A DNA stretch of 64,000 nt, taken from NCBI GenBank assembly GCA_963662275.1, contig OY759316.1, positions 2,496,001 through 2,560,000 on the forward strand, in the 5' to 3' direction. This document shows positions 33,974-43,890 of this stretch, piece after piece (position 1 is the stretch's first letter; each line of letters opens with the position of its first letter). Under the pieces are notes generated by a model. That model saw nothing but the letters and a program-made list of their open reading frames with translations, was not told the DNA's origin and made no database searches. Source of the stretch: Candidatus Cloacimonadales bacterium (GTDB taxonomy: Bacteria > Cloacimonadota > Cloacimonadia > Cloacimonadales > DAONDQ01). The translations under genes and the position numbers were made by a program.

Positions 33974-34489
33974 TTTATCTCCTGCTTTTCTTGCTATTTG
34001 TGAATTGCATATAAATTCTAAAGGTAACATGACAAAATAGATAGACTTTGGATAGGAACAAAATTCAAAACAGCGATAAGCAGTTATTTTCTGAATCGTT
34101 GCTTTTCAAATCTCATGCTTACACAATTAATCATCTCAATTATGAGTGAGAATTACCTCTAATCCACTAAATTATATATATAATAATGCATCAAACATTC
34201 CAGTCAAGAAGTAATTATGAATTAAATGGATACAAACTTAAAAACATGTCTCTGGAGCACTATCATTTGATGGTGCTGCGTGCTCTTTTCGAGGACGTAT
34301 TCTCTTCAGCGGCATTTCGACACTTCGACACAGCTCAGTGGAACCTTCGCACAATGACCGAATACGAAGCAGCACTTCACCTACAATCTTCTGCTCTACC
34401 CTTCTACTTTCAGCAGCAGCATTTCTTTGTCACATGAAAAACGACTATCAACGGACACTTATTAACTTAACGCACCTTCTTGCAGACAA

Positions 34490-34551
34490 GTAGAGACGCC
34501 CAAGTTGGGCGTCTCTACAAGGGCAGGATAAACACATGTGTTTATCCCTAC
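34490..34551. repeat. Pair of GTAG-type REP palindromes
   Basis: GTAGAGACGCCCAAGTTGGGCGTCTCTAC (34490-34518) and, on the minus strand, GTAG-GGATAAAC-acatgt-GTTTATCC (34526-34551). Confidence 0.85.
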
Positions 34552-34560
34552 AATATTTTT

Positions 34561-37500
34561 TTATTTCAGCATCAGCATCTTATGTGTAAAGCACTTTCCT
34601 CCTGCCTCCAGGCGATAGAAATACACACCTGTCGCTACAGGTTTGCCAAATGAGTTTTTACCTTCCCATACTACTTTGAATTTACCCGGTTCATATTTCT
34701 GATTCACCAGTTCTTTCACAAGCTGACCACGGATATTATAAATCCTGATCAATACCTTCGCTGCTTTAGGTACTCCAAATTCTATTGTGGTCGTGGGATT
34801 GAACGGATTCGGATAATTCCTGCTCAAATATACAGCCGTCGGGATAGAGGATGGCGTTTCTTCCTGTATATCGTAGAGAGCATCCAGCTTTAACCGGTTT
34901 TCTTCATGCTTAACCTTGTACGTCTGAAGATCAGGATAATGATACTGGGAAAAACTTGTGATCAGAGGTCTTTTTGACTCATCCAAATCACGCAGGATAT
35001 ACACAATTTCCATATCCATAACTGCTTCCAGGGAATCAGCTTCCGATATTGGATTAGCAATTCTTTCCTTGATTATATCAGTAGCTGCCTGATAATCTTT
35101 CTGTGCCAGGTATGTATTTGCCTGGTAAGCTTTCATCAGGCGAATCAATCCTATTGAATCTTCAGGTGAAGTTGCAGAAATTTCCAAATCATAATAGGCG
35201 ATTAATTCATCAAGGTTGAGATTTGCCTGTTTTGCAATTTTGAAGATGCTTGGGATGCATAAATCCCAGAAAGCTTTTTCATCAGGCAATCTTTCACTTA
35301 AAATCTGTTTGTAAAGCAAAAATGCAGCGGTACAATCATTCGCATCTTCAAAAGCTAAAGCCTGTTCATATCTTGAACTAGGTGTCGCAAAAGCAGTTAA
35401 CATATTAGGGGCGGGATCGCAATTACCCACATCTATCACATCATGATGTTCCGGAGAATAAACAACCGCATTATCATCAGGTCCAAGAATTGGACTTAAT
35501 GACCAATAATTACCGGACGCCCTGATATGACCTCTATCAAGACCATGATAATCATAGTTTGTACTAAAACGGAAGTCATAACATGCGCCGGCATGAATAA
35601 AATCATTATGCCCATTCAGCATTTCGATTGTTGAACAATAGGTAGCATTTGCATAGGTGGAATCAGCATAAAAATAGACATTCTGCCATATATTATTAAA
35701 AACATTTGATGCATCGTAACTGCAATCAATAAGTGAATTCTGATGACTGACAATCCCTGATTCATTACAATTTAAATAATTCGCTTCCAGTCTTGCCTGA
35801 GAACCGCGACTTTCAATAGCGCGTTTTAAAGCTGTGAATGTGCAGTTCCTGATATTTTCTTTTCCCCGCTGACCCGATATCGTTTGGACGTTATCGAGGT
35901 AGATACCGGTATTATTGGAAGAAGTCGGGCTTTCAAAGTCACATGCATCAACCAGGGGAATATATACATGTGTGTCAATACCCAATCCCTGGTTGCTAAT
36001 CGTGAAATTGCATTGCCTGATTTTTGCCAGTCCGCCGGTTCCGGTTATAAAGATACCAGTTCTACAGCCCGTAAAGCTGCATGCTGTAACCGAATCCGCT
36101 TTATCTGCGGATAAACTGTATTCAATACCGGTAGTTAAGTTCGAGAATACTGTCCATGCACAGCTCAGAGGATTTTCCGTACTTTTCATCGAAATCCCGG
36201 TCGTTCTAGTTGTTTCTCTTTGTCCTTGAATATGATTTTCATATTCTTCAAGACCGGAAAGGATAATCTCGTCTGAAGAATGGCGATTGGTTATCTCAAT
36301 TCCGGTTCCATTTGTAGGAATATAGATATCCGTATTCTCCATTGCGAAGCTTGATCCATTCAGGGAAAATGCTTTTTCCGCCTTATATATAGTGCTGGAA
36401 GATATATTAATATGACTGCCGTTACTTGTGATCCCCTTCCAGTTACCACCGCATTTCAAGTTAAATTGGGAATTATTGATCGATAATTCACCACCGATTA
36501 AGCTGATAAATGTCGAATCACTCATATCACATTCAGTATCCTGAATTACTAATGCACCACCCTGGCTGACATAAATCTTTCCCGCCAGGTCTGCGATGAG
36601 TTTTGACTTACGAAAGTGATTTCCTGCGATATAGAGAGTTGAACCGTTTTGCACATAAATCCTGCTGTGATTGAGAATATTTAACGTTCTCCCCGGATGT
36701 ATCGTTACCTCTGCGCCATTTTGAATATGTACATCCCCTGTAACGAAGACACCACTGTCCACTGAATAATTGGCGGTAACATTTGGCTGCAGGACAGCCA
36801 CGACTTGTCTCAGGCTTCCATCTCCTGCATCTATTGTACAATTGACAACCCGATTCGTATTCATAACCTGCAGATCATTGGAATAGGGATCATAAAGACC
36901 CAACCTGCCTCCATAGCGGGCAACAGCATCGGTAGTGAAAGTAAATTGCACTGTTTGCGGGTCTGCATCAGTAAAGGAATTATCTACATCCGGAGGAATA
37001 ACCCCCGTTGCATTGTCACTTCTATGAACTGCTCTTCGATTGACAAGCATAAATGATGGATTATTTGCATTATCATGGTAATATCCGCATTGTACATATC
37101 CTTCATAATCACCTGTATGTATTGTATTGTTTACAACTAAGTTTTGTAAAGATAACTCACTCATATTTACTTCAGGATGAAGACCTCCAACCATGATTGA
37201 ATCAGCATTAACCCAAGTAAGTTCTTTAATTATTGGACCATAAAGATTTATTTTTTGGTTGGCATCTTTTAATGTTGTATATGCTCCCCTATGATTAGCG
37301 TTAGGAGGTTCAGGGTCTTGTAAGTTCGTATAAAATTCGTCATCATACGCAAGAGGTGCATAACAGACGAATGTATCATTTCTTAATAAAGGATCATCCA
37401 ATGAATTGTCTTCTTCAGAGCGTGTAAATACTTGTGATCTGTTAGAAGTCATTCGATAACCAAATATGCCATCAGCACCATAACATAGAGGCAAGAATTG

Positions 37501-39150
37501 GAGACATTTTAACATGCTGCGAGGTGGCGTAATATATCTCCAATAATGTCCACCTGTTGAAGTAGAGGCATATTCACCCCAAATTTGGGGACAAAACAGA
37601 AGATCTGTGTCAGAATAGCTGCTATTATGATGTATCAGGTTAGCGATTTGCAGATAGTTGCCAAGCACCATATTTTGAATTCTATTCTGAACCCACCAAT
37701 CCTGGTGAAGAGTTGGAAGTGAATTCCATTGTGTTAAGACAGTACCCCATTCCTTAAATGGATAAGCATCCATCAGGATTCGCTTGGGGATTATTTCACT
37801 GGCAAATAATCCCGGATGATAGTATGCGGGATGAGAATCTGGCTTCACTACAGTCTCATCTGCGATATGTATTGCAGTGATTATTTTTTTGCCTTGTAAA
37901 TCCATATAATCCTGCAGCAGTTTGTAAGTGTTAAATTGCCCCTGGAATGGCTCATCATAAGTATAGTAGAAGGCAACATTATTTTTTAAATTCAAGTTAT
38001 TAATTTGTGTAAGTCTAGACCCTAAGCGAGTAAGATATGCTGAATTACTAGGATCAAGACGCATAGATCTGTGAAATTTATCCTCTAATGTTATGTAATC
38101 AATATATAGCGTTTTCAGACCACACCAGTAAATCTGGGGATTAATGTGTTTAAAATATCCACCTACCAATACCTCATCCCAAGGCGGGCAGGTTGCTGCT
38201 GGAGGTAAATCAACATAATACTCAAATAAGCGAAACCCATTTCCTATATCTTCACCATCTGCATAATCATCATTCGTTATCGTTGTAGAGTAAGTGGAAT
38301 AAACCGGAATTAATGTCAGGACATCATAATTGTTAGCTTCATCATAAGCTCCATAAAGATCATTTACACTTGATTTCATGACTTTCAGTGAAATTGTAGC
38401 GATATCAGCGTTAGTAGTACCTACATCCCATTTTAAAGCTACTGATAGATACAATTTGTTCTCCCCAATCGTAGTTCCTTTAAATTTCAGATCATATCCA
38501 ATATAGCGAGGGTTAGGGCATGGGGTTACACCATCAGCCATATAATCTGGTTTCCAGCGAAAACGGGGACAATAGAGAGCTAGTCCTGCCACATGATAAT
38601 AAGGGGCATTAGGATTACACATCCAGGCGTAATTATTTGAATAACCTCCAATGTTTGGATCGCTTCTCCCAGTATCGTGTTTAAAAACAGAATTATATTT
38701 ATCATTCCCTGTATCAGCGACACCGTTTTGCATGAGCACATCAGGAGAAAAAACATGATCACCATTTGGTAGTAAATCATATTTGAGATTATACTCAGCT
38801 TCCATTTTCAAATAGTTGGAACAGGATAAATTTGTGATACCGCTTGCTGAATTCGTCCAGAAATAATCCGATAGCACTGCATCAATGCTATTATCATCTA
38901 AAGCTGTCAGAGCAGGCTGGAGTTTATTAATATCGCTATCAGTATCATTTCCAACTCCCATCGCAATAGAAGCTGCATTGAATCCGGCTGCATTAAGCAA
39001 TTGTCCGAAATTCGAATAAACTGCATTTGCATCTGGAGCATGCTGCAAATCTAACTGAGAATATACACCGTTCAAAAAAGAATCCGAATGTTTTGCAAAA
39101 ACCAAGAAAAACATTGCCATCATAATCATAACAAGTACAAGCTTTTTCAT
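34561..39150 (-). CDS. 1529-aa secreted protein: uncharacterised N-terminal region, parallel beta-helix, helical region, T9SS-type/FlgD-like C-terminal domain
   Basis: Signal peptide; FYYTYDEP; beta-helix-like repeats; NYPNPFNP...YNIRGQLV...KMLMLK; its RBS overlaps the stop codon of the last FG-GAP gene. Confidence 0.8.
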   Translation of the reverse strand: MKKLVLVMIMMAMFFLVFAKHSDSFLNGVYSQLDLQHAPDANAVYSNFGQLLNAAGFNAASIAMGVGNDTDSDINKLQPALTALDDNSIDAVLSDYFWTNSASGITNLSCSNYLKMEAEYNLKYDLLPNGDHVFSPDVLMQNGVADTGNDKYNSVFKHDTGRSDPNIGGYSNNYAWMCNPNAPYYHVAGLALYCPRFRWKPDYMADGVTPCPNPRYIGYDLKFKGTTIGENKLYLSVALKWDVGTTNADIATISLKVMKSSVNDLYGAYDEANNYDVLTLIPVYSTYSTTITNDDYADGEDIGNGFRLFEYYVDLPPAATCPPWDEVLVGGYFKHINPQIYWCGLKTLYIDYITLEDKFHRSMRLDPSNSAYLTRLGSRLTQINNLNLKNNVAFYYTYDEPFQGQFNTYKLLQDYMDLQGKKIITAIHIADETVVKPDSHPAYYHPGLFASEIIPKRILMDAYPFKEWGTVLTQWNSLPTLHQDWWVQNRIQNMVLGNYLQIANLIHHNSSYSDTDLLFCPQIWGEYASTSTGGHYWRYITPPRSMLKCLQFLPLCYGADGIFGYRMTSNRSQVFTRSEEDNSLDDPLLRNDTFVCYAPLAYDDEFYTNLQDPEPPNANHRGAYTTLKDANQKINLYGPIIKELTWVNADSIMVGGLHPEVNMSELSLQNLVVNNTIHTGDYEGYVQCGYYHDNANNPSFMLVNRRAVHRSDNATGVIPPDVDNSFTDADPQTVQFTFTTDAVARYGGRLGLYDPYSNDLQVMNTNRVVNCTIDAGDGSLRQVVAVLQPNVTANYSVDSGVFVTGDVHIQNGAEVTIHPGRTLNILNHSRIYVQNGSTLYIAGNHFRKSKLIADLAGKIYVSQGGALVIQDTECDMSDSTFISLIGGELSINNSQFNLKCGGNWKGITSNGSHINISSSTIYKAEKAFSLNGSSFAMENTDIYIPTNGTGIEITNRHSSDEIILSGLEEYENHIQGQRETTRTTGISMKSTENPLSCAWTVFSNLTTGIEYSLSADKADSVTACSFTGCRTGIFITGTGGLAKIRQCNFTISNQGLGIDTHVYIPLVDACDFESPTSSNNTGIYLDNVQTISGQRGKENIRNCTFTALKRAIESRGSQARLEANYLNCNESGIVSHQNSLIDCSYDASNVFNNIWQNVYFYADSTYANATYCSTIEMLNGHNDFIHAGACYDFRFSTNYDYHGLDRGHIRASGNYWSLSPILGPDDNAVVYSPEHHDVIDVGNCDPAPNMLTAFATPSSRYEQALAFEDANDCTAAFLLYKQILSERLPDEKAFWDLCIPSIFKIAKQANLNLDELIAYYDLEISATSPEDSIGLIRLMKAYQANTYLAQKDYQAATDIIKERIANPISEADSLEAVMDMEIVYILRDLDESKRPLITSFSQYHYPDLQTYKVKHEENRLKLDALYDIQEETPSSIPTAVYLSRNYPNPFNPTTTIEFGVPKAAKVLIRIYNIRGQLVKELVNQKYEPGKFKVVWEGKNSFGKPVATGVYFYRLEAGGKCFTHKMLMLK

Positions 39151-39158
39151 TTGACCTC

Positions 39159-40769
39159 CTACCTAATAATAGAGATTTTTTTTGTTTTAACCCGATTACC
39201 TGATTTTACCTGACAGAGATAGATACCACTTGCCATTTTGCTGATATCCAGCATGAAGGTATCAGATATTTTGTTTTTATTTAAGTGTGTTTGCAGCACA
39301 CATTGTCCCCTGATATTATAAATGCTGATGTCGATTGGATTTTTTTCACCGGCGGAGTTATCTTGCAGTTTAATTGCAATATATCGGTCATTAATCCTCA
39401 CAGGATTAGGGCTGATACTCATGGTAATTTGATTTGTAACAGTTGGACTTAGCGGATCATCAATACCAACCGTAGTATCAGCTAATTCTGTATTCCCTGC
39501 ATACACATACACATACCCGCGATAATCGGTGGCAAATTCGTAATCCGTTTCCGGGGCAGAAACGGCAATATCGCAGCATCCATCTGCATTGTAATCACCA
39601 GTAGTTAACCAGAATCCAAAATAGTCCAATGGGTTAGCGGAAATATATGGGGCTGTAATCAATAAATCAGAAATGCCATTGACCTGTGCTCTCCCCAGCC
39701 AGACTTGGAATTGATTGGCATAATAGTTGGTTCCGACAATATCATCGAAACCATCATTATTGAGATCGCCATATTTTAATGATTGCCCGAATTCACCACC
39801 CTGCCAGGGAGGATTGAGAGCGAGGTTAGGTATTGTGTCAGTTTCTGTCGCTCCCAGCCATATATTTAATCCGGCATTAGACTGATAACCCATAAAATCA
39901 TCGATACCATCGCCATTAATATCTCCTAAGGGATTGCTTATTTTTGAAATACCAGCTTGAGTCTGTGTCAAAATCATATAATTGTTGAAATTACTTTCTG
40001 CATTTCCAAAATATAAAGTAATAAGGTGATAGCCGATATAGGGATCTGGATTCGTATATCCGATACTAAAATCATCAAATCCATCGTTATTAATATCCCC
40101 TATTCCATTAAATCCACTTGGATAAGATGTACTGTGAGCACAGGAATTAGTAACATATTGTACAACAAAACTCCCACCCCATACGATATAATAAGATTCT
40201 CCGGGGGAAGAAGAACTGGTACTGAATCCAACATCATCCTTCCCATCACCGTTAAAATCTCCTAATTCACCTACCAATCTTAAATTAGCTCCCGGATCCA
40301 ATGTATACGGAATCAAGATATCCGGTTCTGAGGGAGCAGGATCACCACCCGTGTAAATGCGTAAAAAAAATCCTGTCGGCTGTAAATCAGGTTCATCTCC
40401 ACCGATGTATAAATCATCATAGCCATCACCATTTACATCCCCGATATTGACAACATTATGATATTGATAAGCATATTGCCCAAGCAAAGAGATATCTGCA
40501 ACATTATCAAAATTAGTTCCACCAAAATAGATATCTACTCTCCCCTTGGCTGAGGAAAAAGGAGCAGGATAGACATCTTTCCATTCCGGTGAACAGATAA
40601 TTAAATCGTCAATACCATCATGATTAAAATCAAGAGTAGCCATCGTTTTACCAAATCTGGAATTATGATGTTCACCCTGCATTGATGTCATGATATCGAG
40701 GTGGTTAGTGGCGGAGAGGATGCTGGTGAAAAGAAGAACAGCTAAAACAACTAAAATACCTTTATCCAT
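39159..40769 (-). CDS. FG-GAP repeat beta-propeller protein with C-terminal sorting domain (array copy I)
   Basis: Signal peptide; seven GDxNxDGxDD Ca-binding FG-GAP blades; SPNP...YNIRGQ C-terminal domain. Confidence 0.9.
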   Translation of the reverse strand: MDKGILVVLAVLLFTSILSATNHLDIMTSMQGEHHNSRFGKTMATLDFNHDGIDDLIICSPEWKDVYPAPFSSAKGRVDIYFGGTNFDNVADISLLGQYAYQYHNVVNIGDVNGDGYDDLYIGGDEPDLQPTGFFLRIYTGGDPAPSEPDILIPYTLDPGANLRLVGELGDFNGDGKDDVGFSTSSSSPGESYYIVWGGSFVVQYVTNSCAHSTSYPSGFNGIGDINNDGFDDFSIGYTNPDPYIGYHLITLYFGNAESNFNNYMILTQTQAGISKISNPLGDINGDGIDDFMGYQSNAGLNIWLGATETDTIPNLALNPPWQGGEFGQSLKYGDLNNDGFDDIVGTNYYANQFQVWLGRAQVNGISDLLITAPYISANPLDYFGFWLTTGDYNADGCCDIAVSAPETDYEFATDYRGYVYVYAGNTELADTTVGIDDPLSPTVTNQITMSISPNPVRINDRYIAIKLQDNSAGEKNPIDISIYNIRGQCVLQTHLNKNKISDTFMLDISKMASGIYLCQVKSGNRVKTKKISIIR

Positions 40770-40993
40770 TGGAACTCCTTATTTCTACAACCCACATAAT
40801 ATAAAATATAATATTCACATGTAATTTTCATTCCATAGCAAGTTTTATCCAGTATCTTGCCGGATAATATCCATTTTCACTTTAGTCTATCACTTATTTG
40901 TTTACATTGGTAGCTATTTCTTCAGGAATGGTGGCAGCATGGTTCACCTTGCTTTTCGGAACGCTGTTTTCAAACGGCTATGCAATTTGGCTG

Positions 40994-42607
40994 CTACCGA
41001 ATCACCGTAATCTTCTGTTTCTGCTGTGCTTCACCGCTGGTGAATACACACACATAAACCCCTGATGAAAGATCATTTAAATTGTAAGTCGCAGAACCGG
41101 ATTTGGCTTGTTCTGCGTTCATAATAAACGACTTGACTTTCTGTCCCCGGATATTATAGATACTGATATCAATGGGGCTTATATTATTATGGTTTGAATC
41201 ATTCAGCTTGATTGTCACAAAACGATCATTGGATTTAATGGGATTAGGGCTGATGCTGATGCTCATGTTAAATTGATTGGTAAGAGGCGGACTGAGTGGG
41301 TCATTAATACCAACTGTCGTATCCGCTAATTGCGTATTGCCGGCATAGACATAAACATAGCCCCGATAATCATGTGCCATTGAATCATCAGTAAATGGCG
41401 CAGATACGGCAATATCGCAGCAACCATCTCTATTGTAATCTCCCATAGTTATGCCATAGCCGAAATTGTCTATATCCTCATTCAAGTTGTAAGGTGCATA
41501 AACCAATAAATCTGAATTTCCATTTGGATGTATTCTTCCCATCCAGATTCTGAATTGATTAATATCGTAATCTGCACCTACCACATCATCATAGCCATCG
41601 TGATTTAGATCACCATATTTTAAAGATCGCCCGCTTTCCCCCCCCTGCCAGGAAGGATTAAGAGCAAGATTGGGTAACTCATTAGTTTCAGTAGCTCCCA
41701 GCCAGACATTCAAACCAGCCCCAGACTCATACCCCATAAAATCAGCAATACCGTCACCATTCATATCTCCCAGTGATGTACTTATTTTGGATATACCTGC
41801 TTGAGTTTGCGCTAAAACCATCGTATCCGTGAGTAAGCTATCAGCATTTCCATAATAAAGCGTAATTAAATGATATCCAATATAGGGATCATCATTTGTA
41901 TAGCCAATGGTAAAATCATCATAGCCGTCTCCATTGATATCCCCAATTCCATTAAAACCACTTGGATATGATTCACTATGCAGTGCAGAAGTAGTAACAT
42001 ATTGAAATACGAAACTGCCTCCCCAAACTATATAATAAGATTCACCTGGTGAAGAAGAACTTGAACTGAATCCTATATCATCTTTCCCATCTGCATTAAA
42101 ATCTCCCAATCTACTAACCTTTCTCAAATTAGCTCCCTGATCTAATGTATATGGGATTAAGATATCTGGCTCAATAGGTACAGTACTTCCACCAGCATAT
42201 ATTCTTAGATAATAGACACTCGGATTTGAGGTTGGTTCATCTCCACCGATATATAAGTCATCAAATCCATCACCATTCACATCTCCAATATTTACAACAG
42301 AATGATATTGAAAATCATACTGCCCTTCCATAATAATATCCGGGATGTTATCGAAATTAGGTCCTCCAAAATAGATATCAACTTTACCCATGATCCATCC
42401 TGATGGAAAATCGCTCTTCCATCCTGGTGAGCAGACTATTAGATCATCAAAACCATCATGATTAAAATCCAAGGTTGCCATTGTACTTCCAAAATATGAT
42501 GTATTATGTGCACCCTGCATCGAGGTCATGATATCGAGGTGGTTTGTGGCAGTGAGAATTCCACAGAAAAGTAGGAAAGCGAAGATGATGATAAATAATT
42601 TATTCAT
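40994..42607 (-). CDS. FG-GAP repeat protein (copy H)
   Basis: Same architecture; C-terminal ~50 aa nearly identical to copy G. Confidence 0.9.
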   Translation of the reverse strand: MNKLFIIIFAFLLFCGILTATNHLDIMTSMQGAHNTSYFGSTMATLDFNHDGFDDLIVCSPGWKSDFPSGWIMGKVDIYFGGPNFDNIPDIIMEGQYDFQYHSVVNIGDVNGDGFDDLYIGGDEPTSNPSVYYLRIYAGGSTVPIEPDILIPYTLDQGANLRKVSRLGDFNADGKDDIGFSSSSSSPGESYYIVWGGSFVFQYVTTSALHSESYPSGFNGIGDINGDGYDDFTIGYTNDDPYIGYHLITLYYGNADSLLTDTMVLAQTQAGISKISTSLGDMNGDGIADFMGYESGAGLNVWLGATETNELPNLALNPSWQGGESGRSLKYGDLNHDGYDDVVGADYDINQFRIWMGRIHPNGNSDLLVYAPYNLNEDIDNFGYGITMGDYNRDGCCDIAVSAPFTDDSMAHDYRGYVYVYAGNTQLADTTVGINDPLSPPLTNQFNMSISISPNPIKSNDRFVTIKLNDSNHNNISPIDISIYNIRGQKVKSFIMNAEQAKSGSATYNLNDLSSGVYVCVFTSGEAQQKQKITVIR

Positions 42608-42945
42608 TATAAACTCCTTATAAAATTGACATACACAGCTTACTTCAGGAAGTTTTTATCTCCCTAACAGCGGCTGTTTCCTTCAGGTTACGTATTAACA
42701 TGGTTTACCTTGTTTCTATCTGTAATACAATGACCTAAAGAACATTACCCACAAGCTGAAGCAGTAACCACAAAGAAACTGCATTCTAAAGTAAGTGCAC
42801 AAAACCAGTATCACATATAAAATAATAACATTTCATTTCAAGTCAAGGATTGTTTTTCCAGAGTTGTTTCAATGAACTTTTACTCTCACGTTTATAGTCT
42901 GCAACATTCTTCAGTATTACATCATTTAAAATATGACCTATCCAC
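42608..42945 (-). repeat. Partial copy of the conserved ~400-bp FG-GAP spacer/leader
   Basis: Matches the five full spacers from the start codon back to GACCTATCCAC. Confidence 0.9.
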
Positions 42946-43063
42946 TTCACAAGATGAGGCGTTGCTGTGCCGTTGCACCTGTGGTGATTACTTCAGGAAT
43001 CGTGGCAGCATGGTTCACCTTGCTTTTCGGAACGCTGTTTTCAAACGGCTAGCAGTTTGGCAG

Positions 43064-43100
43064 CTACCGAATCACCGTAATCTTCTGTTTCTGCTGTGCT
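43064..43100 (-). pseudogene. 3' remnant (AQQKQKITVIR*) of a tenth FG-GAP gene
   Basis: Matches the last codons of copy H (40994-41030), together with ~70 bp of its downstream flank. Confidence 0.8.
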
Positions 43101-43203
43101 CTCCACCTCACTTCGCAGTGACGCAGTTACATTCAGCTATAAGGCTTGACGATGCCTTAGAATGGGACTTGAACCCTCTGATTTCTGTCTATCGCTATCG
43201 CAC
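43101..43203 (-). mobile_element. 5' fragment of a group II intron (start of domain I only)
   Basis: Minus strand begins GTGCG and contains GAGGGTTCAAGTCCC...TAGCTGAATGTAACTGCGTCACTGCGAAGTGAGGTGGAG, resembling bacterial group II intron 5' ends; no RT ORF and no domain V/VI. Confidence 0.7.
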
Positions 43204-43564
43204 TAGTTCCGCATTTACGCGGTTGTAGAGCTGGATGCCGATCATGCTGTCTGCTATACAATCCGTAGGATGTAATTCTGCTAGCCCAGGAAGTCCTTCC
43301 TGGGTAGAGCGATGTGAGAGGAATAACCGCCTGCAGCTTATGCTGCATGAGTCCATTAGGACGGCACTATTTACCGCATTCTCCAAACACTTAATACATT
43401 CCCCATTATATATACCTGGTCAAAGCCAAGTTTAAACAAATACTAATCCTGTTTCATTTCAATTTCCCGAAACAGGATTGAAACAGGATTGAAACTGGTA
43501 TGAACTTGGTATAATATACGTGGAATAATAGTGGATTGTGCGGGGGCAACGCCTTTGTTTAAAA

Positions 43565-43680
43565 GGTGGATAGGTCGTATCTAGTACGATACAAGCTGAT
43601 GTAAATCCATTATGTTATTGCATTAAGAAAGTCTAGATTTGTTTGGTATTTTGCATCATTTAAAAAATGACCTATCCACC
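43565..43680. mobile_element. MITE-like 116-bp element with ~30-bp imperfect terminal inverted repeats
   Basis: GGTGGATAGGTCgtatctagtacgatacaa ... ttgcatcatttaaaaaatGACCTATCCACC. Confidence 0.6.
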
Positions 43681-43890
43681 TCACAAGATGAGGCGTTGCT
43701 GTGCCGTTGCACCTGTGGTGATTACTTAAGGAATGGTGGCAGCATGGTTTACCTTGCTTTTCGGAACGCTGTTTTTAAACGGCTATGCATATACATATAG
43801 CTCTCTTATTGCCGGAAACATACAAAAGAACTGCATCATTTAAAAAAAGTTTACCCCCCTTAATCCCCCCTCAGGTAGGGGGGGGAAAAG

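Noticed and set aside
42872..43435. Short ORFs between copies H and G
   Set aside because: They run across repeat, intron-remnant and REP sequence and show no recognisable protein motif.
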